From Thermodesulfobacteriota bacterium (GTDB lineage Bacteria; Desulfobacterota; GWC2-55-46; JADFVP01), in NCBI GenBank assembly GCA_046754225.1, contig JBHHVI010000004.1, positions 147-64,146 of the forward strand: a stretch of DNA of 64,000 nt. The letters are read 5' to 3'. Below, piece after piece: positions 19,888 to 28,664 of this stretch. The notes under the pieces were generated by a model that did not search any database, was not told the DNA's origin, and saw only the letters and a program-made list of their open reading frames with translations. Made by a program: the position numbers and the translations under genes. The stretch's first letter is position 1, and each line of letters begins with the position of its first letter.

Positions 19888-20841
19888 GTGAAGATAAAGG
19901 AGATTTACGAGAAGGCTTACAGTAGGGGCATGGATGTCGACCCCCGCGGGACCGGCGAGGTCAAGGCGGAGCTCGAAAGGGCGAAGAAGGACTTCGACGG
20001 ACTAAAGGATAACGAGAAGGAACGGTTCGACAAAGAGCGCCTCCAAAACCCTTACGCCGACACCCGTATCCTTTACGGAGATCCCGGTAAAGAGGTAAAG
20101 AGGGTGATGGTGGGCATAGACATAGAGGTGGGCGAGGTGCTCCTCGCCGACAGAATCGGTGAACGCTCAAAGCCCGTGGACCTTATAATAGCGCACCACC
20201 CCGAGGGGCGGGCCATGGCCAACCTTTACGCGGTCATGGACATGCAGGCGGGCATACTCATGAAGTACGGGGTGCCCATAAACGTAGCGGAAGATATAAT
20301 GGAAGAGAGGATAAGGGAGGTGGAGAGGAGGATTATGCCCGTAAACCACATGAGGGCCGTAGACGCCGCGAGGCTCCTTGACATCCCTCTCATTTGCGTA
20401 CACACGCCGGCGGACAACTCCGTTGCGGGGTTCCTCCAGAAACTCTTTGACGATAAAAAACCCTCTTACGTCTCCGATATAATGGATATCCTCGACGGGG
20501 TTCCTGAATATAAAGACGCGTCGAGGGAGGTCCTTTCACCCAAGGTGGTATCCGGTTCGGCCCGCCGGAGGGCGGGCCGCGTATTCGTCGATATGACGGG
20601 GGGCACGGGCGGGAGTAAAAAGGCCTTCAGTAGCCTCTCCAACGCCGGTGTGGGCACCGTCGTGGGCATGCACATAAGCGAGGACCACAGGAAAGAGGCC
20701 GAAAAGCATCACGTCAACGTCGTCATCGCCGGCCATGTGTCGAGCGATTCCATCGGGATGAATCTCATTCTCGATAATGTTCTGTCGCCCGAAGTGGAGG
20801 TCGTGGAGGCGTCGGGGTTCAGAAGGGTAGTAAGGACGTAG
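19888..20841 (+). CDS. Nif3-family dinuclear-metal-centre protein (with an atypical ~45 aa N-terminal extension)
   Basis: GDPGKEVKRVMVGIDI...DLIIAHHP and CVHTPADN motifs of the Nif3/YqfO family; GTG start. Confidence 0.6.
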   Translation: MKIKEIYEKAYSRGMDVDPRGTGEVKAELERAKKDFDGLKDNEKERFDKERLQNPYADTRILYGDPGKEVKRVMVGIDIEVGEVLLADRIGERSKPVDLIIAHHPEGRAMANLYAVMDMQAGILMKYGVPINVAEDIMEERIREVERRIMPVNHMRAVDAARLLDIPLICVHTPADNSVAGFLQKLFDDKKPSYVSDIMDILDGVPEYKDASREVLSPKVVSGSARRRAGRVFVDMTGGTGGSKKAFSSLSNAGVGTVVGMHISEDHRKEAEKHHVNVVIAGHVSSDSIGMNLILDNVLSPEVEVVEASGFRRVVRT

Positions 20842-20938
20842 TTTTTTCGAGACCGCACAATAACACCCTCCCGGAGACCCGGCCTCCCGGACCGTTTGGT
20901 TCGTCAACCTTAATTAAGACCTGACCTTACAGAAAGAA

Positions 20939-23260
20939 GTGGATACAGCCACCTTAGAAGCGCTTGAGTTCCCCGAAGTCTTAAGGGCGCTCGCCGAAAA
21001 CGCCGCCACGGCGCCGGGTAAAGACCAGTTACTGGCGCTCCGTCCCTCAGACGACCCTGACCGTGTCGAGGAGGAGTTCAGGTATTACTCCGAGGCCTTT
21101 TCCTTTATCGAAGAGTCGGCCACGTTTCCGCTGGCCGGCACAAATGACTTGAGACCCGTCCTGAAAAGGTCCTTTCCCTCAGGCAGTTTTCTCCTTCCCG
21201 ATGAGTTTTTACTTATCAGGGATAACCTCCGCGTTACAGTTGAACTTAAAAAACTCCTGAAGCCGTCATTTAATAAAAGGTTCCCGCTGCTTACGCCGCG
21301 CCTGGAGGCCCTTTCCGAGGCGGTGCCACTTTTAAGAGAGCTGGAGAGGGCATTCGATGACAAGGGTTTTATAGTCGACGGGGCGTCGGCCCGGCTCTTT
21401 GATATCAGAAAGCGGATGCTCAAGGTCAAGGAGCGCGCGAGGGGGCTCCTTGACGGGTTCTTAAAGGAAAAAGATACAAAAGAGCTCCTGCAGGAGGATA
21501 TCATAACTATAAGGGACGACCGCTATGTCCTCTCCGTGGTGGCCGGCAGGCAGACCGAGGTCCCGGGCGTCATTCACGGCAGGTCCGGAAGCGGGGCGAC
21601 CTTTTTCATAGAGCCTTTGCCTCTTGTGGAGATCAATAACAGCCTTTCCGTATTGAAGAAGGAAGAGAAGTCCGAAGAGATTGAGATATTAAAAGGGCTC
21701 ACAGCAGGCGTAGTCAGGGAGAAAGAAGCGCTCCTCGTTGACCTCGAAGTTATAGCGGGGGTGGATTTCCTTCAGGCGAAGGTCTTTTTCGCGAAAGAGT
21801 TGAGGGCCACGGTGCCGGCCGTAAAAAAGGGCGGCCCCGTAAGCTTTAAGGAGGCGCGTCACCCCTTGCTCGTCATGAAGGAGAGGGCGGGCGGAGGGGC
21901 CGTGGTGGCGGTGGACGTTACGATACCCGAGGATACAAAGGTGGTGGTAATCTCCGGGGCGAATACAGGCGGCAAGACGGTGGCGCTCAAGACCCTGGGG
22001 CTCCTGACCCTTATGGCCTCGTCGGCGATACCCGTGCCAACGGGTGAGGGTTGTTCAGCCGTCATCTTCAGCGAGATCTTCGCCGACGTGGGAGACAGTC
22101 AGGATATCGAGGCGTCTCTGTCCACCTTCAGCGCCCATGTAAAGCGCCTCTCAGGGTTTTTGTCCGGGGCGGGGCCCAATTCACTCGTCCTTATAGATGA
22201 GATAGGGGCCGGCACCGACCCCGCCGAGGGCGGGGCCTTGGCGCTCGCCGCCATTGAGACCTTGAGGAAACAGGGGGCGCTTGTTGTTGTCACCACTCAC
22301 TTGAATATTTTAAAGGCGGAGGCCACGGTAAACCCCGTCTACCGGAACGTATCCGTGGAATTCGATGAAAAGACGCTGAGGCCCATGTACAGGCTCCTCT
22401 ACGGTATGCCGGGGGCGAGCTTCGGCCTGAATATTGCTTCGTCCCTGGGGCTTCCGCGCGAGTTGACGGACCTGGCGGGCACTTACATCCAGGAAAAAGA
22501 GGGCGTCTTCGTGGAGTCCGTAAAGAGGATAGAGGAAGAAAAAGAGGCTCTAACGGCCCTGAATGAAAGGCTCACGGCGCTCGCCGAAAAGAGGGAGGCG
22601 GCGCTTAAAAGGCTCCGCGACGACAGGGAGGTCCTTTTAAAGAAGGCCGGAGCGAGGATAGAGGCCGTGGTGGAGGCGGCGGAGACGGAGATCCGGGCCG
22701 TAATAAAAAGGGTTGAAAGAGAAGGCGGCGGGGGCGTAGGGGCCCGTAAAGAGGTTCATGAAGCGTCCTTGAGGGTGCTGGAAAAGCTCTCACCCGCGAA
22801 GAGGGAAAGGTTTATCCCTTCCGAGGGAGAGAGGGTGAGGATCTCAGGCTCAGGAGCAAAGGGCGTGGTCCTGAGGGTTGACGAAGGCGCGGCGAGGGCG
22901 GAGCTCATGGTGGGAAACCTCAAGGTGTGGGTCGATTGTAAAAGGCTTGAGGGTGTCAACGGGCCGGCCCCCGTAACTATTGCCGCGCAAAACGCCGGCG
23001 TTGACGCCGATATGGAGGCCCCGCTGACCGTTAACCTCCTCGGAATGAGGGGCGAAGAGGCGATGAGGGTGGTTATTAAATTCCTCGACAACGCCCACGC
23101 CGAAGGGCTCGAAAGGGTCGAGATAATCCACGGCCTTGGTACGGGCGCGCTCAAGAAAATGGTCTCGGGATTTTTGCGGGAAAGTAAACTGGTAAAGGGT
23201 TTTTACCCGGCGGCCCCCTCCGGGGGAGGGGCCGGGGTCACGGTAGTCGAGCTCAAATGA
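20939..23260 (+). CDS. mutS2: endonuclease MutS2 (MutS domains plus C-terminal Smr)
   Basis: Walker A GANTGGKTV, MutS domain III/IV, C-terminal Smr (LLGMRGEEA...IIHGLGTGALKK); GTG start. Confidence 0.9.
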   Translation: MDTATLEALEFPEVLRALAENAATAPGKDQLLALRPSDDPDRVEEEFRYYSEAFSFIEESATFPLAGTNDLRPVLKRSFPSGSFLLPDEFLLIRDNLRVTVELKKLLKPSFNKRFPLLTPRLEALSEAVPLLRELERAFDDKGFIVDGASARLFDIRKRMLKVKERARGLLDGFLKEKDTKELLQEDIITIRDDRYVLSVVAGRQTEVPGVIHGRSGSGATFFIEPLPLVEINNSLSVLKKEEKSEEIEILKGLTAGVVREKEALLVDLEVIAGVDFLQAKVFFAKELRATVPAVKKGGPVSFKEARHPLLVMKERAGGGAVVAVDVTIPEDTKVVVISGANTGGKTVALKTLGLLTLMASSAIPVPTGEGCSAVIFSEIFADVGDSQDIEASLSTFSAHVKRLSGFLSGAGPNSLVLIDEIGAGTDPAEGGALALAAIETLRKQGALVVVTTHLNILKAEATVNPVYRNVSVEFDEKTLRPMYRLLYGMPGASFGLNIASSLGLPRELTDLAGTYIQEKEGVFVESVKRIEEEKEALTALNERLTALAEKREAALKRLRDDREVLLKKAGARIEAVVEAAETEIRAVIKRVEREGGGGVGARKEVHEASLRVLEKLSPAKRERFIPSEGERVRISGSGAKGVVLRVDEGAARAELMVGNLKVWVDCKRLEGVNGPAPVTIAAQNAGVDADMEAPLTVNLLGMRGEEAMRVVIKFLDNAHAEGLERVEIIHGLGTGALKKMVSGFLRESKLVKGFYPAAPSGGGAGVTVVELK

Positions 23261-23357
23261 TTTTTTTGTGTTAGAATCAAAATAGTTTTAAGGCCGCGGC
23301 GTATAAGCGGCGGTTTAAAGGATTTCCGAACGTGCTCTACGGGGACCATTTAAAGAG

Positions 23358-25103
23358 ATGATACCGAAAGAAAAGATAGATGAACTGAGAGAACGGGTAA
23401 GTATCGTACAGGTGGTCTCCGATTACCTGCCCCTTAAAAAAAAGGGCGCCAACTGGTTCGGCCTTTGCCCCTTCCATTCGGAAAAGACCCCGTCCTTCTC
23501 GGTCAACGAAGGCAAGAAGATATTTTACTGTTTCGGTTGCCATGAAACGGGAAGCGCCATTACCTTTGTGATGAAAAAGGAAGGGGTGGAGTTTCCAGAG
23601 GCCGTAAGGACGCTGGCGTCGAGATTCGGTGTTGTTATAAAGGAAGAAAGGCCGGGGGCCGCTGGATACAAGGATTCCCTTTACAAATTGAACGGCGTTG
23701 CCAGGGATTTTTTCGCAAGGGAGCTTAAATCCACTGAAGCGGCCCCCGCAAGGGCCTATCTCAAAAAGAGGGGCTTTGACGACTGGCCGCTGTTAAAAAG
23801 TTTTTCCATGGGGTTCGCGCCTTCCGGATGGGAGGGGCTTGTCCGTTACCTTCGAAAGAAAGGCATTTCCCTTGAACTCGCCGGGAAGGCCGGCCTTGTG
23901 GCGAGAAAGTCGAAGGGATATTACGACAGGTTCAGGAGCCGGATTATCTTTCCCATAACGGACGTAAGGGGCAGGGTTGTGGGGTTCGGCGGGAGGTCGT
24001 TCGGCGACGCGGGGCCAAAGTATCTTAACACCCCGGAGACGGCGCTCTTTAAAAAGGGTGAGACGCTCTTCGGGTTCCATCAGGCCAGAGAGAGCCTTAA
24101 GGAGACGGGCTACGCGATAATCGTGGAAGGTTACTTCGACCTTATGGCGATGCATTACCACGGTTTTACAAACACCGTGGCTACGCTGGGCACGGCCATG
24201 AGCGCCGCTCATCTACGCGCGCTCAAGGGTTATACGGACAGCGTCTACGCCCTCTTTGACGCGGACGCCGCCGGAAGGAAGGCGAGCCTCAGGTCGCTGG
24301 AGTTCTTTCTCAATGAGGATATGAGGTGCGGGATTATAAGCCTCGGCAATTCCAAGGACCCCGATGAGTTTTTATCGGCTAACGGCCCGGAGGCCATGCG
24401 AGAGGCCGTAAAAGGCGTTAAGCCCCTTTTGAAATTTTATCTTGACGAGATTGGAAAGGGTTTTGATTTAAAGAGGCCCGAAGGCAAGGCCCGTTACCTT
24501 GAAGAGGCCATCGCCTGCTTGGCGAGGATCAAGAACGTGGCCGAAAGAGACCATTACGCCGGTTACGTGGCGGCCGCGGCTTCCATCCCCGCTTCTTCCG
24601 TTTACGAGGCCCTTGGGAAAAAATCCGTCAGGCACAGGAGGGCGGGTGGCGGCCTTAGCGGCGCGGGCGTGTTAATGGGGCTTGCGGCCCTGAAGGGTTC
24701 GGCCCTTGCGGAGATTACCATACTCAAGGTAATCGTCAACCACCCGGGACTCTACAGCCCGGACGTCCCGGAGGCCGTCGAGGCCTTTAAGGACGGGGGC
24801 CTTAAAGAGGCGGGAAGGAAGATATGCGAACGCCTGAAGAGCGGCAATGGCCTGGACATATCGGTGCTTGCCGAGGACCTTTCAGACGAAAAAACTTCAG
24901 GCGTGGCCGTGGCCGGGTTATTCAGAGACGATGACGGTTTTATAGAGGAGCCTGAAAAGATGCTCAAAGAAAGTTTGAAAAAGGTCATGAACAGGGGTAA
25001 ACTTAAATCATCCACCGAAGAGATGATTAAAAGGCTTGAGGAGTCCGGCAGGGCTGAGATAGCGAGCGAGATCAGGGCGAGGGTTGATAAGGATATGCTT
25101 TAA
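23358..25103 (+). CDS. dnaG: DNA primase
   Basis: Zinc-binding [13 protein letters not shown]...YCFGC, Toprim domain (EGYFDLMA), C-terminal DnaB-interaction region. Confidence 0.93.
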   Translation: MIPKEKIDELRERVSIVQVVSDYLPLKKKGANWFGLCPFHSEKTPSFSVNEGKKIFYCFGCHETGSAITFVMKKEGVEFPEAVRTLASRFGVVIKEERPGAAGYKDSLYKLNGVARDFFARELKSTEAAPARAYLKKRGFDDWPLLKSFSMGFAPSGWEGLVRYLRKKGISLELAGKAGLVARKSKGYYDRFRSRIIFPITDVRGRVVGFGGRSFGDAGPKYLNTPETALFKKGETLFGFHQARESLKETGYAIIVEGYFDLMAMHYHGFTNTVATLGTAMSAAHLRALKGYTDSVYALFDADAAGRKASLRSLEFFLNEDMRCGIISLGNSKDPDEFLSANGPEAMREAVKGVKPLLKFYLDEIGKGFDLKRPEGKARYLEEAIACLARIKNVAERDHYAGYVAAAASIPASSVYEALGKKSVRHRRAGGGLSGAGVLMGLAALKGSALAEITILKVIVNHPGLYSPDVPEAVEAFKDGGLKEAGRKICERLKSGNGLDISVLAEDLSDEKTSGVAVAGLFRDDDGFIEEPEKMLKESLKKVMNRGKLKSSTEEMIKRLEESGRAEIASEIRARVDKDML

Positions 25104-25150
25104 TCCTATCCGGGATTTTATTTGTCAGGGCCTGTTGCTCGAAACCCTTT

Positions 25151-26683
25151 ATGGGAGACAAAGAGGAGATGCCGGAAATTAAAAATGCCGGCCCGGAGCC
25201 AGGGGACGGCGAAGGTGATGTCAAAGGCGAGACGCTCCCCGAAGCCGCCGCCCCGGAGACGGTGGTGCAGCCCCCGAGCGCGGTACGCGACCCTGTAAGG
25301 GCGTACCTCCGGGAGATGGGTTCCGTCGTTCTTCTTACCAGGGAAGAAGAGGTGGAACTGGCTAAAAGGGTGGAGGAGGGGAGGGCCGCCATCACGAGGG
25401 AGTTTCTGCGGTCGCTGCTTGTAGTGGAAGAACTGAACGCACTTAAAAAGAGGCTTTCCGAGAGGAAAGGGCTCGAGGAGGAGGTTCTCGAATTTGATGA
25501 TTATGAAGGGCTTTTAAGCGAGAACGAAGATGACCTTGAGGAGGTCTTTAATGAGATAGAGGAAATAAACAGATTATATAAGAAGGTCAGCTCAAAAAAG
25601 GGGGCGACGAAGTCTCAGAGGGCCAGGCTCCTGACGATCCTTCTTGATGTTGAGAAAAAGAGTAATATATTCGACAGGGTGATTGACAGGCTGCAGGAAA
25701 GCGAGGAGGAACTTATAAGCCTCAAGGGCAAGAGGGCCTCTATGGAGAAGGCCCTTAAAGGCGGCAGGTATAAGGCCGGGGCCGCGGCCGGGAAGATGAA
25801 AGGCGGTGAGGGCAAGGCCGCCGGGGCGAGGGCCGGGTTATTAAAGGAGTTGAGGCTCAATAAAAAGAGGGAGAAGGAGATTATAGAGGAGACGGGGCTG
25901 AGTTTCGAGGAGCTCACCGAGGTGCTCAACGCCCTTGCCGCATGGGAAGATTATATTGAGCAGGCGAAAGAGAGGCTTATAAAGGCTAACCTCAGGCTTG
26001 TGGTGAGCATAGCGCGCAGATACATAAACAGGGGGCTTCAGTTCCTCGACCTCATTCAGGAAGGCAATATCGGCCTTATGCGGGCCGTTGAGAAGTTCGA
26101 GTACCAGAGGGGCTATAAATTTTCCACATACGCCACGTGGTGGATACGCCAGGCCATCTCCCGGGCCATAGCCGACCAGGCGCGCACCATACGCATACCC
26201 GTGCACATGATAGAGACCATCAATAAACTGATGCGCTCCTCCCATTATTTCGTGCAGGAGAACGGCAGGGAACCTCACCCCGAAGAGCTGGCGGAGAAGA
26301 TGTTGATGCCCTTTGACAAAGTGAGAAAGATATTGAAGATCGCCAAGGAGCCCATCAGTCTGGAGACCCCCGTGGGCGACGAGGGGGACAGCCTGCTCGG
26401 CGACTTCATCGAGGACAAGGAGGCCGTAATCCCCCATGACGAGATTATAAGTAACGACCTTACAGGCCACATGAACGAGGTGCTCTCCACGCTTTCACCC
26501 CGCGAGGAGAAGGTCCTGAGGATGAGGTTCGGCATCGGGGAGTCCAAGGACCATACCCTCGAAGAGGTTGGGGGGTATTTTAACGTCACCCGAGAGAGGA
26601 TCCGCCAGATTGAGGCGAAGGCCCTGAGGAAATTAAGGCATCCCAAGAGGTGCAGAAAATTAAAGTCCTTTTCGGAAAATTAA
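25151..26683 (+). CDS. rpoD: RNA polymerase sigma factor RpoD (sigma70)
   Basis: Regions 1.2-4.2 ([49 protein letters not shown]); dnaG-rpoD synteny. Confidence 0.95.
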   Translation: MGDKEEMPEIKNAGPEPGDGEGDVKGETLPEAAAPETVVQPPSAVRDPVRAYLREMGSVVLLTREEEVELAKRVEEGRAAITREFLRSLLVVEELNALKKRLSERKGLEEEVLEFDDYEGLLSENEDDLEEVFNEIEEINRLYKKVSSKKGATKSQRARLLTILLDVEKKSNIFDRVIDRLQESEEELISLKGKRASMEKALKGGRYKAGAAAGKMKGGEGKAAGARAGLLKELRLNKKREKEIIEETGLSFEELTEVLNALAAWEDYIEQAKERLIKANLRLVVSIARRYINRGLQFLDLIQEGNIGLMRAVEKFEYQRGYKFSTYATWWIRQAISRAIADQARTIRIPVHMIETINKLMRSSHYFVQENGREPHPEELAEKMLMPFDKVRKILKIAKEPISLETPVGDEGDSLLGDFIEDKEAVIPHDEIISNDLTGHMNEVLSTLSPREEKVLRMRFGIGESKDHTLEEVGGYFNVTRERIRQIEAKALRKLRHPKRCRKLKSFSEN

Positions 26684-26830
26684 GAAGGTTTAAGATTAAA
26701 TATCGCATTTTTTAATGGACTGTCTCTCTTGCCGGTTCTATATTTTCTATTTTTTAGGTTTTTTAACTATTTGAATTTATTGTATTTTACAAGAGAAGTT
26801 ACATTTTTTATAAAAAATATCAATTTCCTA

Positions 26831-26858
26831 TTGACATCACTTCTTTTTTCTGTATAAT
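26831..26858 (+). promoter_or_regulatory. near-consensus sigma70 promoter with upstream A/T-rich UP-like tracts
   Basis: TTGACA (26831-36), 16 nt spacer ending in TG, TATAAT (26853-58), preceded by ttttttataaaaaatatcaatttccta. Lies in a ~340 bp AT-rich spacer unlike the flanking GC-rich DNA. Confidence 0.65.
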
Positions 26859-26915
26859 AGGCATTAAGATTTAAAGCCTGGCGCTCAGGATGGGCCCGGG
26901 CTTTCAGGTGAAGAC

Positions 26916-26957
26916 GCCATTATATAACCATCCCGGTTATATACATGGCTTTTTTTT
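26916..26957 (+). terminator. intrinsic-terminator-like hairpin within the 5' leader of the cytochrome gene (candidate attenuator)
   Basis: gccat-tatataacc-atccc-ggttatata-c-atggc (14 bp stem with one bulged C) followed by TTTTTTTTgcTTTTTT. An upstream alternative pairing tggcg(26880-26884)/cgcca(26914-26918) overlaps the terminator's 5' arm. Confidence 0.5.
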
Positions 26958-27022
26958 GCTTTTTTAAATAAACCTCATTAATTCAAGCTATATCTATTAA
27001 TCAAACTGAAGAAGGGGGCCGC

Positions 27023-28048
27023 GTGAAGAGAAGATTGTTAACAGGCTTATTAGTCTTAACGGCAGCGCTCTTCATTAAAGCGGATATCTCCTCTTCAGCA
27101 ACGGGCACGCAGGGCGTCGCCGGGACCGTTGCCGCGTACACGAATGGTCTCGCCGCCAACGGCATCGTAGGCACAAGGCATAACATGGGCGCCTTCGGCG
27201 GCCCGATACGTACCAATGCCACAACTCAGGTATGCGTCTTCTGCCATACACCTCACCACACGAATCAATCTGCCGCCCCGCTCTGGAACAGGTCCACGGC
27301 CAACTCGACGAGTTATCAGGCTTACGGGTCTACCATAGGCGGCAGTAATATAACGACGGTAGACGGAGGCGCCTCCATCGCGTGCCTCAGTTGCCATGAC
27401 GGCGTCACCACCTTTGACAGCATTGTCAACGCCCCTGGAAACGGCGGGATTACCGCAGGCGGTTCCGACCAGCAATGGTCGTTTATAATGGCTGACGTAG
27501 GGTTGGACCTGGGTGCTTGGGACCATTTCGGCACTCCAGGTAATGAGAACGTCTGGTGTACTGCCTGTCACGGCACCGGAGGTTTTGCTCAAGGCCCGAA
27601 CACATGGCAGCGTCTCTCTATTGGCACGGACCTCACAAACGACCACCCCGTCTCGGTTACCTATTCCGGCAACACAAAGGCGAGCCTCAGGGCAAAGACT
27701 ACCGTACTGGGCACCATAGACCTTACGACCGGGCTCAGCAACACAAACTCATTAAGCGCATATTACCAGGCCATGACCCAGAACCGCTGGGCCGTAAACG
27801 GTTCCATCTCTGACACCGCCAATATCAGCGCTCTCTTGAGGAACGATAAGGTGGAGTGCAGTTCGTGCCACGACCCGCACTTCAAGAACCTCTCCTGGGA
27901 CGAGGCGGATGCCTCCTATGACGCCAATTATACAATCGGCGGCGCGAGCAAATGGTGCAGCGGGGACGCTTGTATCGACGGCCTCTTCTTAAGAAGGGTG
28001 GGCGGCAACACGGGCTCAGGCGTTTGCAGGACCTGCCACGATAAATAA
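27023..28048 (+). CDS. secreted pentaheme c-type cytochrome, Thr/Ser/Asn/Gly-rich, OmcS-like by motif pattern
   Basis: Sec signal peptide (MKRRLLTGLLVLTAALFIKA). Five CxxCH motifs: CVFCH, CLSCH, CTACH, CSSCH(DPH) and a C-terminal CRTCHDK*. Low-complexity T/S/N/G-rich composition and many N-x-S/T sequons. GTG start with RBS AGGGGG. Confidence 0.75.
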   Translation: MKRRLLTGLLVLTAALFIKADISSSATGTQGVAGTVAAYTNGLAANGIVGTRHNMGAFGGPIRTNATTQVCVFCHTPHHTNQSAAPLWNRSTANSTSYQAYGSTIGGSNITTVDGGASIACLSCHDGVTTFDSIVNAPGNGGITAGGSDQQWSFIMADVGLDLGAWDHFGTPGNENVWCTACHGTGGFAQGPNTWQRLSIGTDLTNDHPVSVTYSGNTKASLRAKTTVLGTIDLTTGLSNTNSLSAYYQAMTQNRWAVNGSISDTANISALLRNDKVECSSCHDPHFKNLSWDEADASYDANYTIGGASKWCSGDACIDGLFLRRVGGNTGSGVCRTCHDK

Positions 28049-28134
28049 TCAACCGCCGCTGGGCCTTGATACGGGGATAGACGCGGGGGCTTGATAAAGG
28101 CGGCGCCCTTAACAAGAAGATAAAAAAGTTTTGA

Positions 28135-28164
28135 AGGCCTCTCTTTCAAAAGAGAGGCCTTTTA
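28135..28164 (+). terminator. rho-independent terminator after the cytochrome gene
   Basis: AGGCCTCTCTT-tcaa-AAGAGAGGCCT followed by TTTT. Confidence 0.8.
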
Positions 28165-28280
28165 ATATTGTCTCCGCAGGGCTAACCCCTCTTGCCGGGC
28201 TTCATGGGCAAAATTCCGTGACGCTGTCCCCGTGGGGGGGGAATAAAAGACCACGGCCCGGAAAAGAGGGCTCAAAATGT

Positions 28281-28308
28281 TTGACTTGGCCCGTCTTTCT
28301 GTTATAAT
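28281..28308 (+). promoter_or_regulatory. sigma70 promoter with extended -10 for rpsU
   Basis: TTGACT (28281-86), 16 nt spacer, TGtTATAAT (28300-08); about 145 nt structured leader before rpsU. Confidence 0.55.
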
Positions 28309-28453
28309 CTTCAGGCCTAAAAGCCATACCGTGAGTAGTAAAGGCCCCTCCGGCCTGTTACCCTTTTACGGGCGCGAGGAGCCTTTTAACACCTGCATGG
28401 TGTAATATTCTCAGCAGGGAAAAAATTTTTTATCAGGAGGAGGTGTATTATTT

Positions 28454-28657
28454 TTGTCAGAGGTCAAGGTTTATGACGACCAGCTTGAAAAGGCGCTAAA
28501 GATACTTAAGCGTAAACTCGCTCAAGACGGGACCTTCAAGGAGATAAAGAAGAGAAGGTTTTACGAAAAGCCGAGTGTTAAGAAAAAGAGAAAGCGCCAG
28601 GAAGCGGCCAAACGCCGCGCCAAGGCGTTAAAAAAGACGAGAAGGCGTTATGATTGA
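28454..28657 (+). CDS. rpsU: 30S ribosomal protein S21
   Basis: (M)SEVKVYDDQLEKALKILKRKLAQDG... with a basic C-terminus; TTG start 7 nt after RBS AGGAGGAGG. Confidence 0.9.
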   Translation: MSEVKVYDDQLEKALKILKRKLAQDGTFKEIKKRRFYEKPSVKKKRKRQEAAKRRAKALKKTRRRYD

Positions 28658-28664
28658 GCTAAAG

